A stretch of 41,069 nt of DNA from Gemmiger sp. (lineage in GTDB: Bacteria > Verrucomicrobiota > Kiritimatiellia > RFP12 > UBA1067). Positions 16,797 to 26,109 of the stretch are shown here, in pieces; positions within the stretch are counted from its first letter, which is position 1, and each line of letters starts with the position of its first letter. Position numbers and translations under genes: made by a program. The notes under the pieces are model-generated. The model searched no databases, was not told where the DNA came from, and saw only the letters and a program-made list of their open reading frames with translations. The stretch is from positions 1 through 41,069 of the forward strand of contig CAVFWY010000002.1 in the NCBI GenBank assembly GCA_963626175.1, written 5' to 3'.

Positions 16797-16816
16797 TGGG
16801 CGGCTGACTGGGCGGC
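16797..16816. promoter_or_regulatory. Direct repeat TGGGCGGC-N4-TGGGCGGC
   Basis: Two identical octamers spaced 12 bp start to start form a GC-rich island in an otherwise AT-rich spacer. Confidence 0.25.
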
Positions 16817-16870
16817 AGACGGCTTGGATGGGCAAAAATTGTAAGCGAATATGCAAAAAGTGTAAGTGAC

Positions 16871-16921
16871 AGGAGGAGGCATTTTATGTTAAAATTGTGG
16901 CGTAATATTCCTTGGAAGTGA
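16871..16921 (+). promoter_or_regulatory. Strong Shine-Dalgarno sequence (AGGAGGAGG) plus an 11-codon mini-ORF (MLKLWRNIPWK) upstream of the beta-helix gene
   Basis: AGGAGGAGG is at 16871-16879, the ATG at 16886 and the TGA at 16919-16921, 27 nt before the ATG at 16949. An alternative reading of the same DNA is an extended -10 box, TGTTAAAAT, at 16887-16895. Confidence 0.25.
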
Positions 16922-16948
16922 GGGGTAGTCAAACGAAAGGAAAAAGTT

Positions 16949-19439
16949 ATGCGGATAAGTCTGGTCAAAACCGTAATGATGGCAGGAATTGCCGCGCTTG
17001 TTCAAGGCGCGATGGCGGGGACGATTACTGTCAGCCCGGGCGAGGATCTCGCCTCGGCGATTGGAAGTGCCGCAGATGGGGATGTGGTTTCGCTTGCGTC
17101 CGGACGGTATGAACTTGCATCTACGATTGGACTTGCGAACCGCAAGAATCTGACTATCCTGGGGGGGGGGGGGTATATCCTCAACCGTCATCACGCTGGC
17201 GGAAGGCGTGCAGGCGCGGCACTTCAAGGTCACGAACTGTGAGGGCATCACCTTCCGAAACCTAACTTTCACAGGCGGTACGACAACAGCAACGGCAGAC
17301 GACACGACTTCGGCGTTCGGCGGCGCGGTGTTCGCATCGAAGGTGTCCGGACTGACGTTCGATTCGTGCGCCTTTACGAAGAATGCGGCGAACAACGGAA
17401 CGGCGGCGGTCGATGCGAAGGGCGGTGCGCTTGTGCTTGTCGATTCGACGACCGTTCTCAAAGATTGCACCTTCACCTTCAACTCGGCTGTTGCGGGTCA
17501 AAGCAAGGCGGCGCAGGGCGGTGCGATTTATGTCAGCAATGCCGAGGGTGCGAATGCTGCGACTTGGCGCGTCACGCTCGCGATGACGAATGTGACCATC
17601 CGCGCCAATTGGGTGCAGGGTACGACGCAGGCCGGCGCGGCAATCGCGGGAACGAGTGCGGGGCTGGATGCCTACAACTGCCTCATTTCGGCGAACGGAT
17701 ACGCGGGTGGTGTGGCATGTTGCGGCGCGGTCGAGTGCGAAGGAGTGGGTTCGTTCACCGTCTTCACGCAGAGTACGCTCACGGACAACATGGTTGCGCG
17801 CGCGGTGTGGAACTCGGACAACAAGTTTAATCCCGTCTTTATCCGCTCGGCAATTGCCGGACAGCCAGGTATCGGCGAACGCTGGAACTGGAGCGGCGAT
17901 CGCGGGGCCGTGCTGATCGATTCGGTCTATCAGCAGAATGACGACGGGCCTCTCGCGCCGCTTGTGGAGGGCAAGTCCGTCACGGTGTGCGGCAAGTCGT
18001 TCACAGCATCCAATTCCGTGCGCGGCAATCCGCAGTTCGTCGGGGAGGGCGAAGCCACGGCGACGGCGGCGAAGGAACGCAATGCCGGCTGGCGGCCCGT
18101 CGATGGGCGAACCTACGCGGCAATTTACGTCGCCCCGAACGGCAGCGATGCGGCGGGAAACGGCTCATCCGCCGCGCCGTTCCGTTCGCTGACGAAGGCG
18201 GTGAGCGCGGCGGAATGCGGGACGACCATCCACCTCGCCGAGGGGACATATGCGCCGAGTGCGGGTGAAACGCTCCCGATTGATCTCTCCTTCAAGGAAT
18301 GCCTGACCATCTGCGGTGTCGGCGCAGGGAAGACGGTTTTCAACGGCGAGCAGGGTGAGAAGGGTGCGGACGCGGTGCGGCTTTTCACGATTGCGGATGC
18401 GCCGCAGATTCGTTTCAAGGATTTGACCATCACCGGCGGCTATGTCGAGACGGCGGTGAAGGGAAATCCCTCCGTGGCACTCATCGCACAGGCAAATGGA
18501 CTCATCTTCGAGAATGTGGCGTTCGCGGGCAATTCGGTGCGGTCTACGAAGTCTGCGACAATCAACGGTCTGCTTGTCGCAGACTGCTCAAACATCAGAT
18601 TCTACGGCTGTTCGTTTGCAGATAATGCCTATCGGGCTTTCCGTAGTTGGGGGTATCTTTCTTATTTGGCGGGCGGACTTCTCGCGGCGACGGCCAGTTC
18701 CGTCACCATCGACCGCTGTGCGTTCCGCGACTTTACGATTGACCTGAGCGTCGGTTCGACTTACGGCAGTGCGAATACTTACATGGCGGAAGGGCTTCTC
18801 TTCTATCTCGACGGGCGAACCGGGTCGGGGACTTACCGCATTCGCAATTCGCTGTTCGTAGGAAACGGTAAGATCGTGAACAACACCAACGAGTCAACGC
18901 TTCGCGAATCTTCAACCTATCTCTACCTGCCGTCGATGAGTCCGATCAACAATGGGTGCAAGGAGTTTGCGGTCTTCGAGAACAACACGGTTCTGCACGA
19001 GAGTACGGGTTATTTCTTTGACATTGGGCAGTTGGGCTTGCGCGTTCGGAATTGCATCATCGCCGGGAAGGGCGGCAAGATCCTGACGCTCAGCCAGTAT
19101 GGGAGCGACCTGCCTGAAATCGCCTACGTCAGCAACACGCTGTTCGAGCGGATTGCGGAGGAGGATAATTCACTCCTGAAGTTCTGCAACTATTTGACCG
19201 AGGAAACGGTCTGGACAGGCGTGGCGAACTTCAAGAATGCCGACGCGGGCGATTACCGCCTGACGGACGATTCGGCGAACGCCCTCGACAAGGGGTGCGT
19301 CCAGCCGTGGATGGCCGACGCGACAGACCTTGAGGGAAATCCGCGCCTTGCCGGATTCTACTCGCAGAAGAATGCACTCCCCGACCTCGGGTGCTACGAG
19401 CGGCAGAAGATTTGGGGTCTCGTCATACGCATCCGCTAA
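16949..19439 (+). pseudogene. Secreted right-handed beta-helix protein with Pmp-type GGA[ILV]/FxxN repeats, frameshifted at a G13 tract (intact with G12 or G15)
   Basis: ORF 16949..17242 encodes a signal peptide plus TITVSPGEDLASAIGSAADGDVVSLASGRYEL...LTILGGGG. ORF 17208..19439 stays open back to the tract in the +1 frame (G)ISSTVITLAEGVQARHFKVTNCEGITFRNLTF. Removing one G joins the two into an ~829-aa protein. The C-terminus carries the DLEGNPR...PDLGCYE motif typical of beta-helix proteins. Confidence 0.8.
17161..17173 (+). repeat. Homopolymeric G13 tract (candidate slipped-strand phase-variation site)
   Basis: Thirteen consecutive G flanked by ATCCT and TATATCC. I saw no other homopolymer longer than about 7 nt in the window. 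The tract encodes the Gly run of LTILGGGG. Confidence 0.9.
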
Positions 19440-19459
19440 GCAAGGAACAGAGACAACCG

Positions 19460-22400
19460 ATGATGAAGGTATCGAGATTGATTTGCGCGGCACTTCTGAT
19501 GAGTGCCGCGTGGACGGCGCAGGCCGAGCGGGGCCCGTTCGCGCGTGAACCGTTGCTGGGGCATATCCTTGAGAGGCGGACGGTTGAAGTGCTGGACGGG
19601 CCGTGGGAAATCGCGTCCGTCCAAACGGCGGTCGTCGCGACAAACGGCTTCGACCTGATGGGGAATCCGCCGGGGACGGTGAAGATCGTGCGAGATGATC
19701 TGGTCAACATCGCGGGCGTGACGAACTGGATGAAGGCGACGCTCCCGTGCAACCTGCGCAGTCTCTTCAACTGGAAACTGACGGATCTCGACACCTACCT
19801 TCACAAGTATACCTTCGTCACGCCGAAGGACTGGCGGACGGGTGATGGCGTGATTCTGAGTTTGGAGCGCATCGGCGAGAGTTTCGACATCTACATGAAT
19901 GGAATGTTGACGCGCACGGAGAATGCGATGGTCAATCTCTGCCGTCGGCTGGATGTGTCGGAAAATGTCAAGGAGGGTACGAACACGCTGGTCGTCGCCT
20001 TGCGGCAAGACGGGCGGCGGCATTTCTGGCAGGATCGCATCGACTGGTACCTGACGGATCATACGGTTGGCATTACGGCTCCCGTACACCTTGAGTTCAC
20101 GGGGAAGTGCTATATTCGCCGCGCCCATGTGATGACCTATCTGGAGCCGAAGCCGCGTCTCGTCTACGAGGCGAAGGTCGTCAACTTGTCCGATTCGCCG
20201 CGAAAACTGACGCTTTCGTGCAGGATTGCGGGTGCGCCGAAGATTACGGACAAGGTTGTTGAAGCGTCCCCGGGGGAGACGACGGTGTGCGCGACCTTCG
20301 ACTGGCCTGCGCCGCACCTGTGGAGTCCGGCGGATCCCTATCTCTACAACGCCGACTTCACGCTATCGGAAGGCGGGGCGCGAATGGACGCACTCCGTAC
20401 GCGGTTCGGTTTCCGCGAGGTGAAGGCGAAAGGCCACCGTATGTACTTGAACGGCAAACCCATCATCTTCCGCCGTACCACGGCGCATCCGGGTGGCGAC
20501 TTCTCGACGGAGGAGGAGATGAAGGAAGGGTTCGCGCGTCTGCGGAAGGATGGCATTGTCGCGTTGCGCGTTCGCTGGTCCGAGCAGGAGCGGATTGCGA
20601 AAGCGGCGGACGAATGGGGCATGATGCTCGAACCGTGCGCCTATTCGACGATGGCGGCAGGCGGGCGGCCCGATGCCTATTGGCGCAAGTATGAGGCCTA
20701 TCTGCTTGAAATGGTCGATCAGTTGCGAGACCATCCGTCCATCGTGGACTGGGCGATTTCCAATGAATTCGGCACATTCTACCATGGCGAGGGTACGACG
20801 ATGGAAAAGGAAACGACTCCGAAGCAGGTGCGGGCGGGGCAACTTGTGGGCGCGGCGGATCCGACGCGCGTGTGGACGGCGTGCGGCGAATCGGATCTCT
20901 CCTATCCGGCGCGAAGCGACAAGGGCGGACCCGCGCCTGTAAGGTCGGTGCACTATCCGTTTCAGGTGACGGCCAACGGACACGAACTCCCGAACGCGGC
21001 GTATTGGTATGCGAACGGCGAGATCCCCTGGCAGGGGAATGGCAAGAAGGATAAGCCGCTTTTCATTTCAGAGGATATTTATCACGGCGCACAGGATTCC
21101 TTCCGCGGACTTTCCAAGTATGCGGGTGATCACCACTATGAAATGGAAGGAAAGTACGGCTATTTCAACACCTTGGCGTGGATTGTGCGGACTTATGCAG
21201 AAGGCTACTACTTCACGGGCATTGGCCAGTGGGAGCCGTGGTGTCTCTTCCCCGGCTTTGAGCCGCGTTGCCGCTTCTACGACAACGGGCCGGTGATGCC
21301 CGACTACCTATTCACTTTGCGTGAGTTTCCGCGCAATCTGTTCGCAGGGGAGACCGTGCCGCGAACGCTGATGTTCTACAACGAGTGGGTGACGGACATC
21401 ACGGGTTCGGTCGTGCGCACGGATCGGGTGCGGACGGCGGATGGTGCTTGGCGGGAAATCGGGCAGACGATTCTCGGAACGAATATCACGGTTGGCGCGG
21501 GCGAAAGTTGGACGCGGCAGATCGAGGTCGCCGCCCCGGCGGAAATGCCGTCCGGGAGCGATTGTGCGATGCGACTCGTCTTTCAGACGAAGGATGGAAT
21601 CGAGTTGGGGGTGCGAACCTTCCCGTTCAAAGTGTTCCCTCGTCGAGAGCGTCCCGATTTTCGTGGAATCAAGGTCTTTCGTTCCGTCGCCGACCTTTCG
21701 GAAACGCGACATCTTGTGGTGACGAACGTACTGACGACGCGCGAGGGCATCGAGATTGAGAAATGGGTGCGGCGCGGCGGTTCGGCCCTCTTCATCGATG
21801 TCGCGGAAAAGTCGTGGAGTCCCGTCGAGATTGACTACGGCAAGCGTGCGACGCGCGTCTGGCGGCGGATGCCAGGTTCGCTCCCGAACATCGCCGAGGA
21901 GACAATGCAGAGTTGGGAGCCGGATGGCTATCCGTCACTCGCGGCCATTCGCAAGGACGAGGAGGATGCGGACGTGCTGTGGGATGTCGGCGGCAAGGAC
22001 GGCCTGACGGGTGCGGCACTTGTGCGAGTCTATCGGGGCAAAGGCTCGTGGACAATCTGCCAGTTGCCGCTGATCTCGCGGTTTGGGATTGAACCGGCGG
22101 CCTCGGCTGTTCTTGATGCCGTGCTGGACGAGTTCGTGCACGAACATCGGCGACCGAGCGGAAGCGTGGCGGTCGTGGATGGAGCGGTGACGAACAATCC
22201 ACTTTCGGAACTGGTTGCCGCGATGGGGATTGCCACGCAGTCCGTCGAACGGGCGAAGTGCATTCTTGCAGACGGCGCGGCAGGCTTCGCTGGATTCGCT
22301 CAACTTGAAAAGTTGGCAAATGAGGGAAAGACGGTCATTGTGCTCAACCTGCCCGCGAATGCCGATACGAACATCCTCACGAAGTATGGTGTTCGGTTGA

Positions 22401-23509
22401 CGATCCCTGCGGAGGCATTGGACAAGGCGAATCGGCGCGGCAACGGCGTGAAGTTCGTCACCCACACGGAGGAGACGGGACTCCTCACGGGCGTTTCAAA
22501 CGACGACCTCTTCTGGTGGGATACGGCGAAGATGTCAGCCTGGACGCAGGCGAAGACGCTCGGCTGGCTTGTGCCGGCTGACGACTGGCGCGGAACGAAG
22601 ACGATGTATGCCGCGAGTTCGGTGATCGAACCGCTTGCCGGGAGCGCGGCGAAAATCTGCACGAGGCCGGGTGCCTGGGCGGAGTTCGACTGCGCAAAGG
22701 GCGGAAAACTCGTGCTTTCCACGTTGAAAATGACGACGTCTGCGAAGAACGCGGGTGCACAGGTTCAGCGCACCCTGCGGCGGATTCTGATGAATGCGGG
22801 CGTTTCGACCTCGGTGGACCGTCCGCCGTGTGAGACATTCCCCATCGACATCCGCGATGCCGCGAACCGAAACTTTTGGCAGGATCCGCGCTTTCAGAAG
22901 GCGGACGGAACATTTGCGCCGGACGGCTGGTTCGGCGGCGGAAATGACTTGCGGTATTTCCCCGTGAACCTGTGCGGCTGGTCGCTCGCATCCGCCGCGT
23001 ATTGTCCGAAGGAGCCGATGCCCGAAGATCCGCTGAAACTTGGCGGCGTACCGTTCAAGATGACGGATCCGCTGACGAACGGCGGGCGCGGCATTCTTGT
23101 GGTCAATCCGGGCGAGGTGCGCGAGATTGCCCTTGAAAAACCGCTCGCCGCCGACCGCATCCACTTCCTCGGCGCATTCGAGGCGTGGGAGCATCCCGAA
23201 GGATTGTGGGGCGGGCCGCCGACTCATTTTGCGGTTGAGATTACGGTTAACGACGAATCGAAGCCCGTGCAGATCGTCCGTCAGGGTGTGCACGTCGGCT
23301 GGTTTCGGATGTGCAATTCGCTCACGGAGGGCCGTGCGGCATGGACGGGGCGTACGCCATCCGATCCGACGGCGACGCTTTACCGCTGGACGGCTCATCT
23401 GCCGCGCACGACGAAGGTGGAGAAAATCACCTTCCGTCATACGGGCAACATTTCCGGCCTCGGCATCGTTGCCGTGACGGCGGAAAAGGATGTGGACATT
23501 GTCGAATGA
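19460..23509 (+). CDS. Large secreted GH2-like glycoside hydrolase (paralog A) with an uncharacterised C-terminal module
   Basis: The ATG at 19460 gives the signal peptide MMKVSRLICAALLMSAAWTAQA. GH2 hallmarks are present: WSPADPYLY, RTRFGFREVKAKGHRMYLNGKPIIFRR, WAISNEFG (acid/base NE) and PLFISEDIYHG. About 700 further aa follow. Confidence 0.8.
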   Translation: MMKVSRLICAALLMSAAWTAQAERGPFAREPLLGHILERRTVEVLDGPWEIASVQTAVVATNGFDLMGNPPGTVKIVRDDLVNIAGVTNWMKATLPCNLRSLFNWKLTDLDTYLHKYTFVTPKDWRTGDGVILSLERIGESFDIYMNGMLTRTENAMVNLCRRLDVSENVKEGTNTLVVALRQDGRRHFWQDRIDWYLTDHTVGITAPVHLEFTGKCYIRRAHVMTYLEPKPRLVYEAKVVNLSDSPRKLTLSCRIAGAPKITDKVVEASPGETTVCATFDWPAPHLWSPADPYLYNADFTLSEGGARMDALRTRFGFREVKAKGHRMYLNGKPIIFRRTTAHPGGDFSTEEEMKEGFARLRKDGIVALRVRWSEQERIAKAADEWGMMLEPCAYSTMAAGGRPDAYWRKYEAYLLEMVDQLRDHPSIVDWAISNEFGTFYHGEGTTMEKETTPKQVRAGQLVGAADPTRVWTACGESDLSYPARSDKGGPAPVRSVHYPFQVTANGHELPNAAYWYANGEIPWQGNGKKDKPLFISEDIYHGAQDSFRGLSKYAGDHHYEMEGKYGYFNTLAWIVRTYAEGYYFTGIGQWEPWCLFPGFEPRCRFYDNGPVMPDYLFTLREFPRNLFAGETVPRTLMFYNEWVTDITGSVVRTDRVRTADGAWREIGQTILGTNITVGAGESWTRQIEVAAPAEMPSGSDCAMRLVFQTKDGIELGVRTFPFKVFPRRERPDFRGIKVFRSVADLSETRHLVVTNVLTTREGIEIEKWVRRGGSALFIDVAEKSWSPVEIDYGKRATRVWRRMPGSLPNIAEETMQSWEPDGYPSLAAIRKDEEDADVLWDVGGKDGLTGAALVRVYRGKGSWTICQLPLISRFGIEPAASAVLDAVLDEFVHEHRRPSGSVAVVDGAVTNNPLSELVAAMGIATQSVERAKCILADGAAGFAGFAQLEKLANEGKTVIVLNLPANADTNILTKYGVRLTIPAEALDKANRRGNGVKFVTHTEETGLLTGVSNDDLFWWDTAKMSAWTQAKTLGWLVPADDWRGTKTMYAASSVIEPLAGSAAKICTRPGAWAEFDCAKGGKLVLSTLKMTTSAKNAGAQVQRTLRRILMNAGVSTSVDRPPCETFPIDIRDAANRNFWQDPRFQKADGTFAPDGWFGGGNDLRYFPVNLCGWSLASAAYCPKEPMPEDPLKLGGVPFKMTDPLTNGGRGILVVNPGEVREIALEKPLAADRIHFLGAFEAWEHPEGLWGGPPTHFAVEITVNDESKPVQIVRQGVHVGWFRMCNSLTEGRAAWTGRTPSDPTATLYRWTAHLPRTTKVEKITFRHTGNISGLGIVAVTAEKDVDIVE

Positions 23510-23528
23510 ACAATGAAAGGAAAAATAG

Positions 23529-24656
23529 ATGAACGTAAAGGTTGAAAGCATGGCACAAGGGCAAGGTTTCACTACGCGCAGAGGTTTCATCGGCGGCATC
23601 GCGGCATTTGCGGCGGTCACGGGCGTGGAGGATGTCTTCGCGAACGATTCTGCCGCGTTGGCGGCGACAAAGCGGTGGTTTAAGGATGCGCAGTTCGGAC
23701 TCATGGCGCACTGGGGACTCTATACACTTTTGGGCGGAGAGTGGAATGGGCGACCGGGCGCACATCCTTACGGTGAATGGATTATGCATGCCAACAAAAT
23801 CCCAATTCGTGAGTATGCCGCGCTTGCAAATGCCTTCAATCCAATTCTCTTCAACCCAAAAGAGTGGATGAAGCGGGCGCGGGATGCTGGCATGAAGTAT
23901 TTCGTTATCACCGCGAAACACCATGACGGCTTTGCGCTCTATCATTCGCGTGTCTCGACTTACAATGTCGTTGATGCGACACCGTTCCGTCGGGATGTTG
24001 TTGGAGAACTCGCCGAGGCCTGTCGAGAGGCGGGCATTCGATTCGGACTCTACTATTCGCAGGATGTCGATTGGCACGAGCCAAACGGAGGTGGTCGTCA
24101 TCTCGACTACGGCCACTACAAGGATATCCTAAAGGTTTCCGACGAGAAGCGCGTTTGGGGGAACGACTGGGACTTCCCAGATGATTCTGCTTACGACTTT
24201 CAGCGTTATTTGGATGAAAAGGCGATGCCACAGGTTGACGAACTGCTCACGCAGTACGGCGACCTTTGCCTTCTCTGGTTCGATGTGCCGACGACGCTGA
24301 CGCGCGAACAGTCCGAGGCATTTGTCCGACTTGTTCGCAGGCGGCAGCCCGGCTGTCTCGTGTCGGGGCGTATCGGCAACGGACTTGGGGACTACGAAAC
24401 GCCCCATGACAATCAGATTGCGAGTAAGACGGAGACGGACAAACTCTATGAGACCGTTGGGACGATGAACGAGTCTTGGGGCTATCGTCCGACGGATACG
24501 AACTACAAGAGCGTCAGTGAGATTCTCGCGATCAAGGAAAAGTGCGCGGCGATAGGATCAAATTACATGCTCAATGTCAGTCCGGATCCACTCGGTCGTA
24601 TTCCCGTTGCGGGAATCAATATTCTTGAAGGCCTTGCGAAGGCTCGTCAGGCATAA
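23529..24656 (+). CDS. Alpha-L-fucosidase, GH29, with a Tat-type signal
   Basis: TRRGFIGGIAAFAAV is a twin-arginine signal. WFKDAQFGLMAHWG, YFVITAKHHDGFALYHS and LLWFDV are GH29 motifs. Confidence 0.85.
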   Translation: MNVKVESMAQGQGFTTRRGFIGGIAAFAAVTGVEDVFANDSAALAATKRWFKDAQFGLMAHWGLYTLLGGEWNGRPGAHPYGEWIMHANKIPIREYAALANAFNPILFNPKEWMKRARDAGMKYFVITAKHHDGFALYHSRVSTYNVVDATPFRRDVVGELAEACREAGIRFGLYYSQDVDWHEPNGGGRHLDYGHYKDILKVSDEKRVWGNDWDFPDDSAYDFQRYLDEKAMPQVDELLTQYGDLCLLWFDVPTTLTREQSEAFVRLVRRRQPGCLVSGRIGNGLGDYETPHDNQIASKTETDKLYETVGTMNESWGYRPTDTNYKSVSEILAIKEKCAAIGSNYMLNVSPDPLGRIPVAGINILEGLAKARQA

Positions 24657-24668
24657 TCAGAGGTCAAT

Positions 24669-26075
24669 ATGATGGTGAAAAAACAAATGATGGCAAAAAA
24701 GCGGATTGTCTTGTTTTCAGGGATTTCCTTCGTATTGCTGGCGCAGGCTTCGCCAATTGCGATAAAATGCTATCAGAGTTCAAAAGCGCGCCCGTTCCGC
24801 GAGGTCAAGTCGTTTGTTCCGTTCAGTCCGCATGCCTATGCGGAGGGGACGGATCTCATTGACCTTGATGCGGCGAAGCCATCCCACAAGTTCTTGGGGT
24901 TGGGCGTTTCGTTTGCCGAGGCGAGTTGCAAGATTCTGATGGATCTGCCGCAGGAGACGCGAGAGAAGGTTCTGCGGATGCTGTGGACAAAGGATGGCAT
25001 CAACCTTTCCGTGGGCCGTTTGCATGTCGGATGTTCGGACTATTCGGTTCAGATGACATCTTACGACGATGTGAAGGATGACTTTGAACTCAAGCACTTC
25101 TCCATCGACCGCGATAGGCGGTATGTCCTTCCCGTGGTGAAGGAGTCCGTTGCGCTCAATCCGAACCTCTATTTGTTCTCGTCCGTTTGGACGGCACCGG
25201 GATGGATGAAGATTAACGGCGAGTTGTGCGGTGGTTGGATTAATCCGAAGTGTTTGCCCGTCTTCTGTAATTATTATGTGAAATATCTGAAGGCGTACCG
25301 TGACGAGGGGCTGACTATTCGCGCCCTGACCTTGCAGAACGAACCGTATTCGGATCAGGATGCCCAGAGTGCGGACTGCAAGTGGGGTCCGGCGGATGAA
25401 ATGGAGGCTGCGGGCAGACTGATGCCACTGCGTTTGAAGGCGGCGGGGCTTGAGACGAAGATTTGGCTTTTCGACTCCGAACCGAACGACTGGCGGCGTA
25501 TTTTGTGGGAATTGCGTGATCGCGATGTCGCGGCAAATGCCGGTGGAATAGCTTGGCATTCCTACGGAAGCGATCCTGAGCACATACGGAAAGTGCGGGC
25601 GAAGCATCCGAATTTGCCGATGTACCACACGGAGATGGGACCTCTTGCCGATCGGGATGCGCGGCCTCTCGTCTGGTGGGGGCAGCTTGTGACGCGCTAC
25701 CTGAACGCGGGATGCAGCACGTTCACGGGGTGGTGTCCGGTGCTGGATGAAGACGGGCTTCCGAATACATCGCGAGGCTTCTGCTGTGGAGGATTGATAG
25801 AAGTCCATTCCGAGACTCGGGAAATCCGCACATCGGGGCAGTACGACTTCTTCCGTCATATCGGGCCGTTTGTCGAACGCGGGGCGGATATTCTGGAGGC
25901 TCCGGCGGGGCGTACGGTGACGGCTTTTCGCAATCCTGACGGATCGTATGTGATTGTCGCGGCGAATGCGAGCGACAACAAGGAACGCAAAATGCAGTTG
26001 CAGGTGAAGTTCAGGGGAGAATACAATTCTTTTCAACTTCCCAGCGGAACGGTTTCGACGATTGTCTTGAAGTAA
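24669..26075 (+). CDS. GH30-family glycoside hydrolase (glucosylceramidase/xylanase-like fold)
   Basis: It has a signal peptide. GLGVSFAEAS, SSVWTAPGWMK, LTLQNEP (acid/base) and MYHTEMG (nucleophile) are GH30 motifs. Confidence 0.8.
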   Translation: MMVKKQMMAKKRIVLFSGISFVLLAQASPIAIKCYQSSKARPFREVKSFVPFSPHAYAEGTDLIDLDAAKPSHKFLGLGVSFAEASCKILMDLPQETREKVLRMLWTKDGINLSVGRLHVGCSDYSVQMTSYDDVKDDFELKHFSIDRDRRYVLPVVKESVALNPNLYLFSSVWTAPGWMKINGELCGGWINPKCLPVFCNYYVKYLKAYRDEGLTIRALTLQNEPYSDQDAQSADCKWGPADEMEAAGRLMPLRLKAAGLETKIWLFDSEPNDWRRILWELRDRDVAANAGGIAWHSYGSDPEHIRKVRAKHPNLPMYHTEMGPLADRDARPLVWWGQLVTRYLNAGCSTFTGWCPVLDEDGLPNTSRGFCCGGLIEVHSETREIRTSGQYDFFRHIGPFVERGADILEAPAGRTVTAFRNPDGSYVIVAANASDNKERKMQLQVKFRGEYNSFQLPSGTVSTIVLK

Positions 26076-26109
26076 GTGCACCAACAGAAACGAAAGGAAG
26101 AGTTTGTCT

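Noticed and set aside
16675-16869. 64-aa ORF (55 aa from the ATG at 16702) in the control region, with a Cys/Lys-rich tail KNCKRICKKCK.
   Set aside because: No Shine-Dalgarno sequence precedes either start. The composition simply reflects AT-rich DNA, and no family motif is present. It is not supportable as a gene without expression or conservation data.
18900-19439. Autotransporter beta-barrel at the C-terminus of the Pmp-like protein.
   Set aside because: The protein ends about 60 aa after the beta-helix cap motif, there is no ~270-aa barrel region, and the C-terminus is not aromatic. It is therefore not called an autotransporter.
19391-19459. Upstream extension of GH2-like paralog A given in the ORF track (start 19391).
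   Set aside because: It would overlap the preceding gene by 49 nt and put 23 non-signal residues before a textbook signal peptide. The ATG at 19460 (MMKVSRLICAALL...) is the sensible start.
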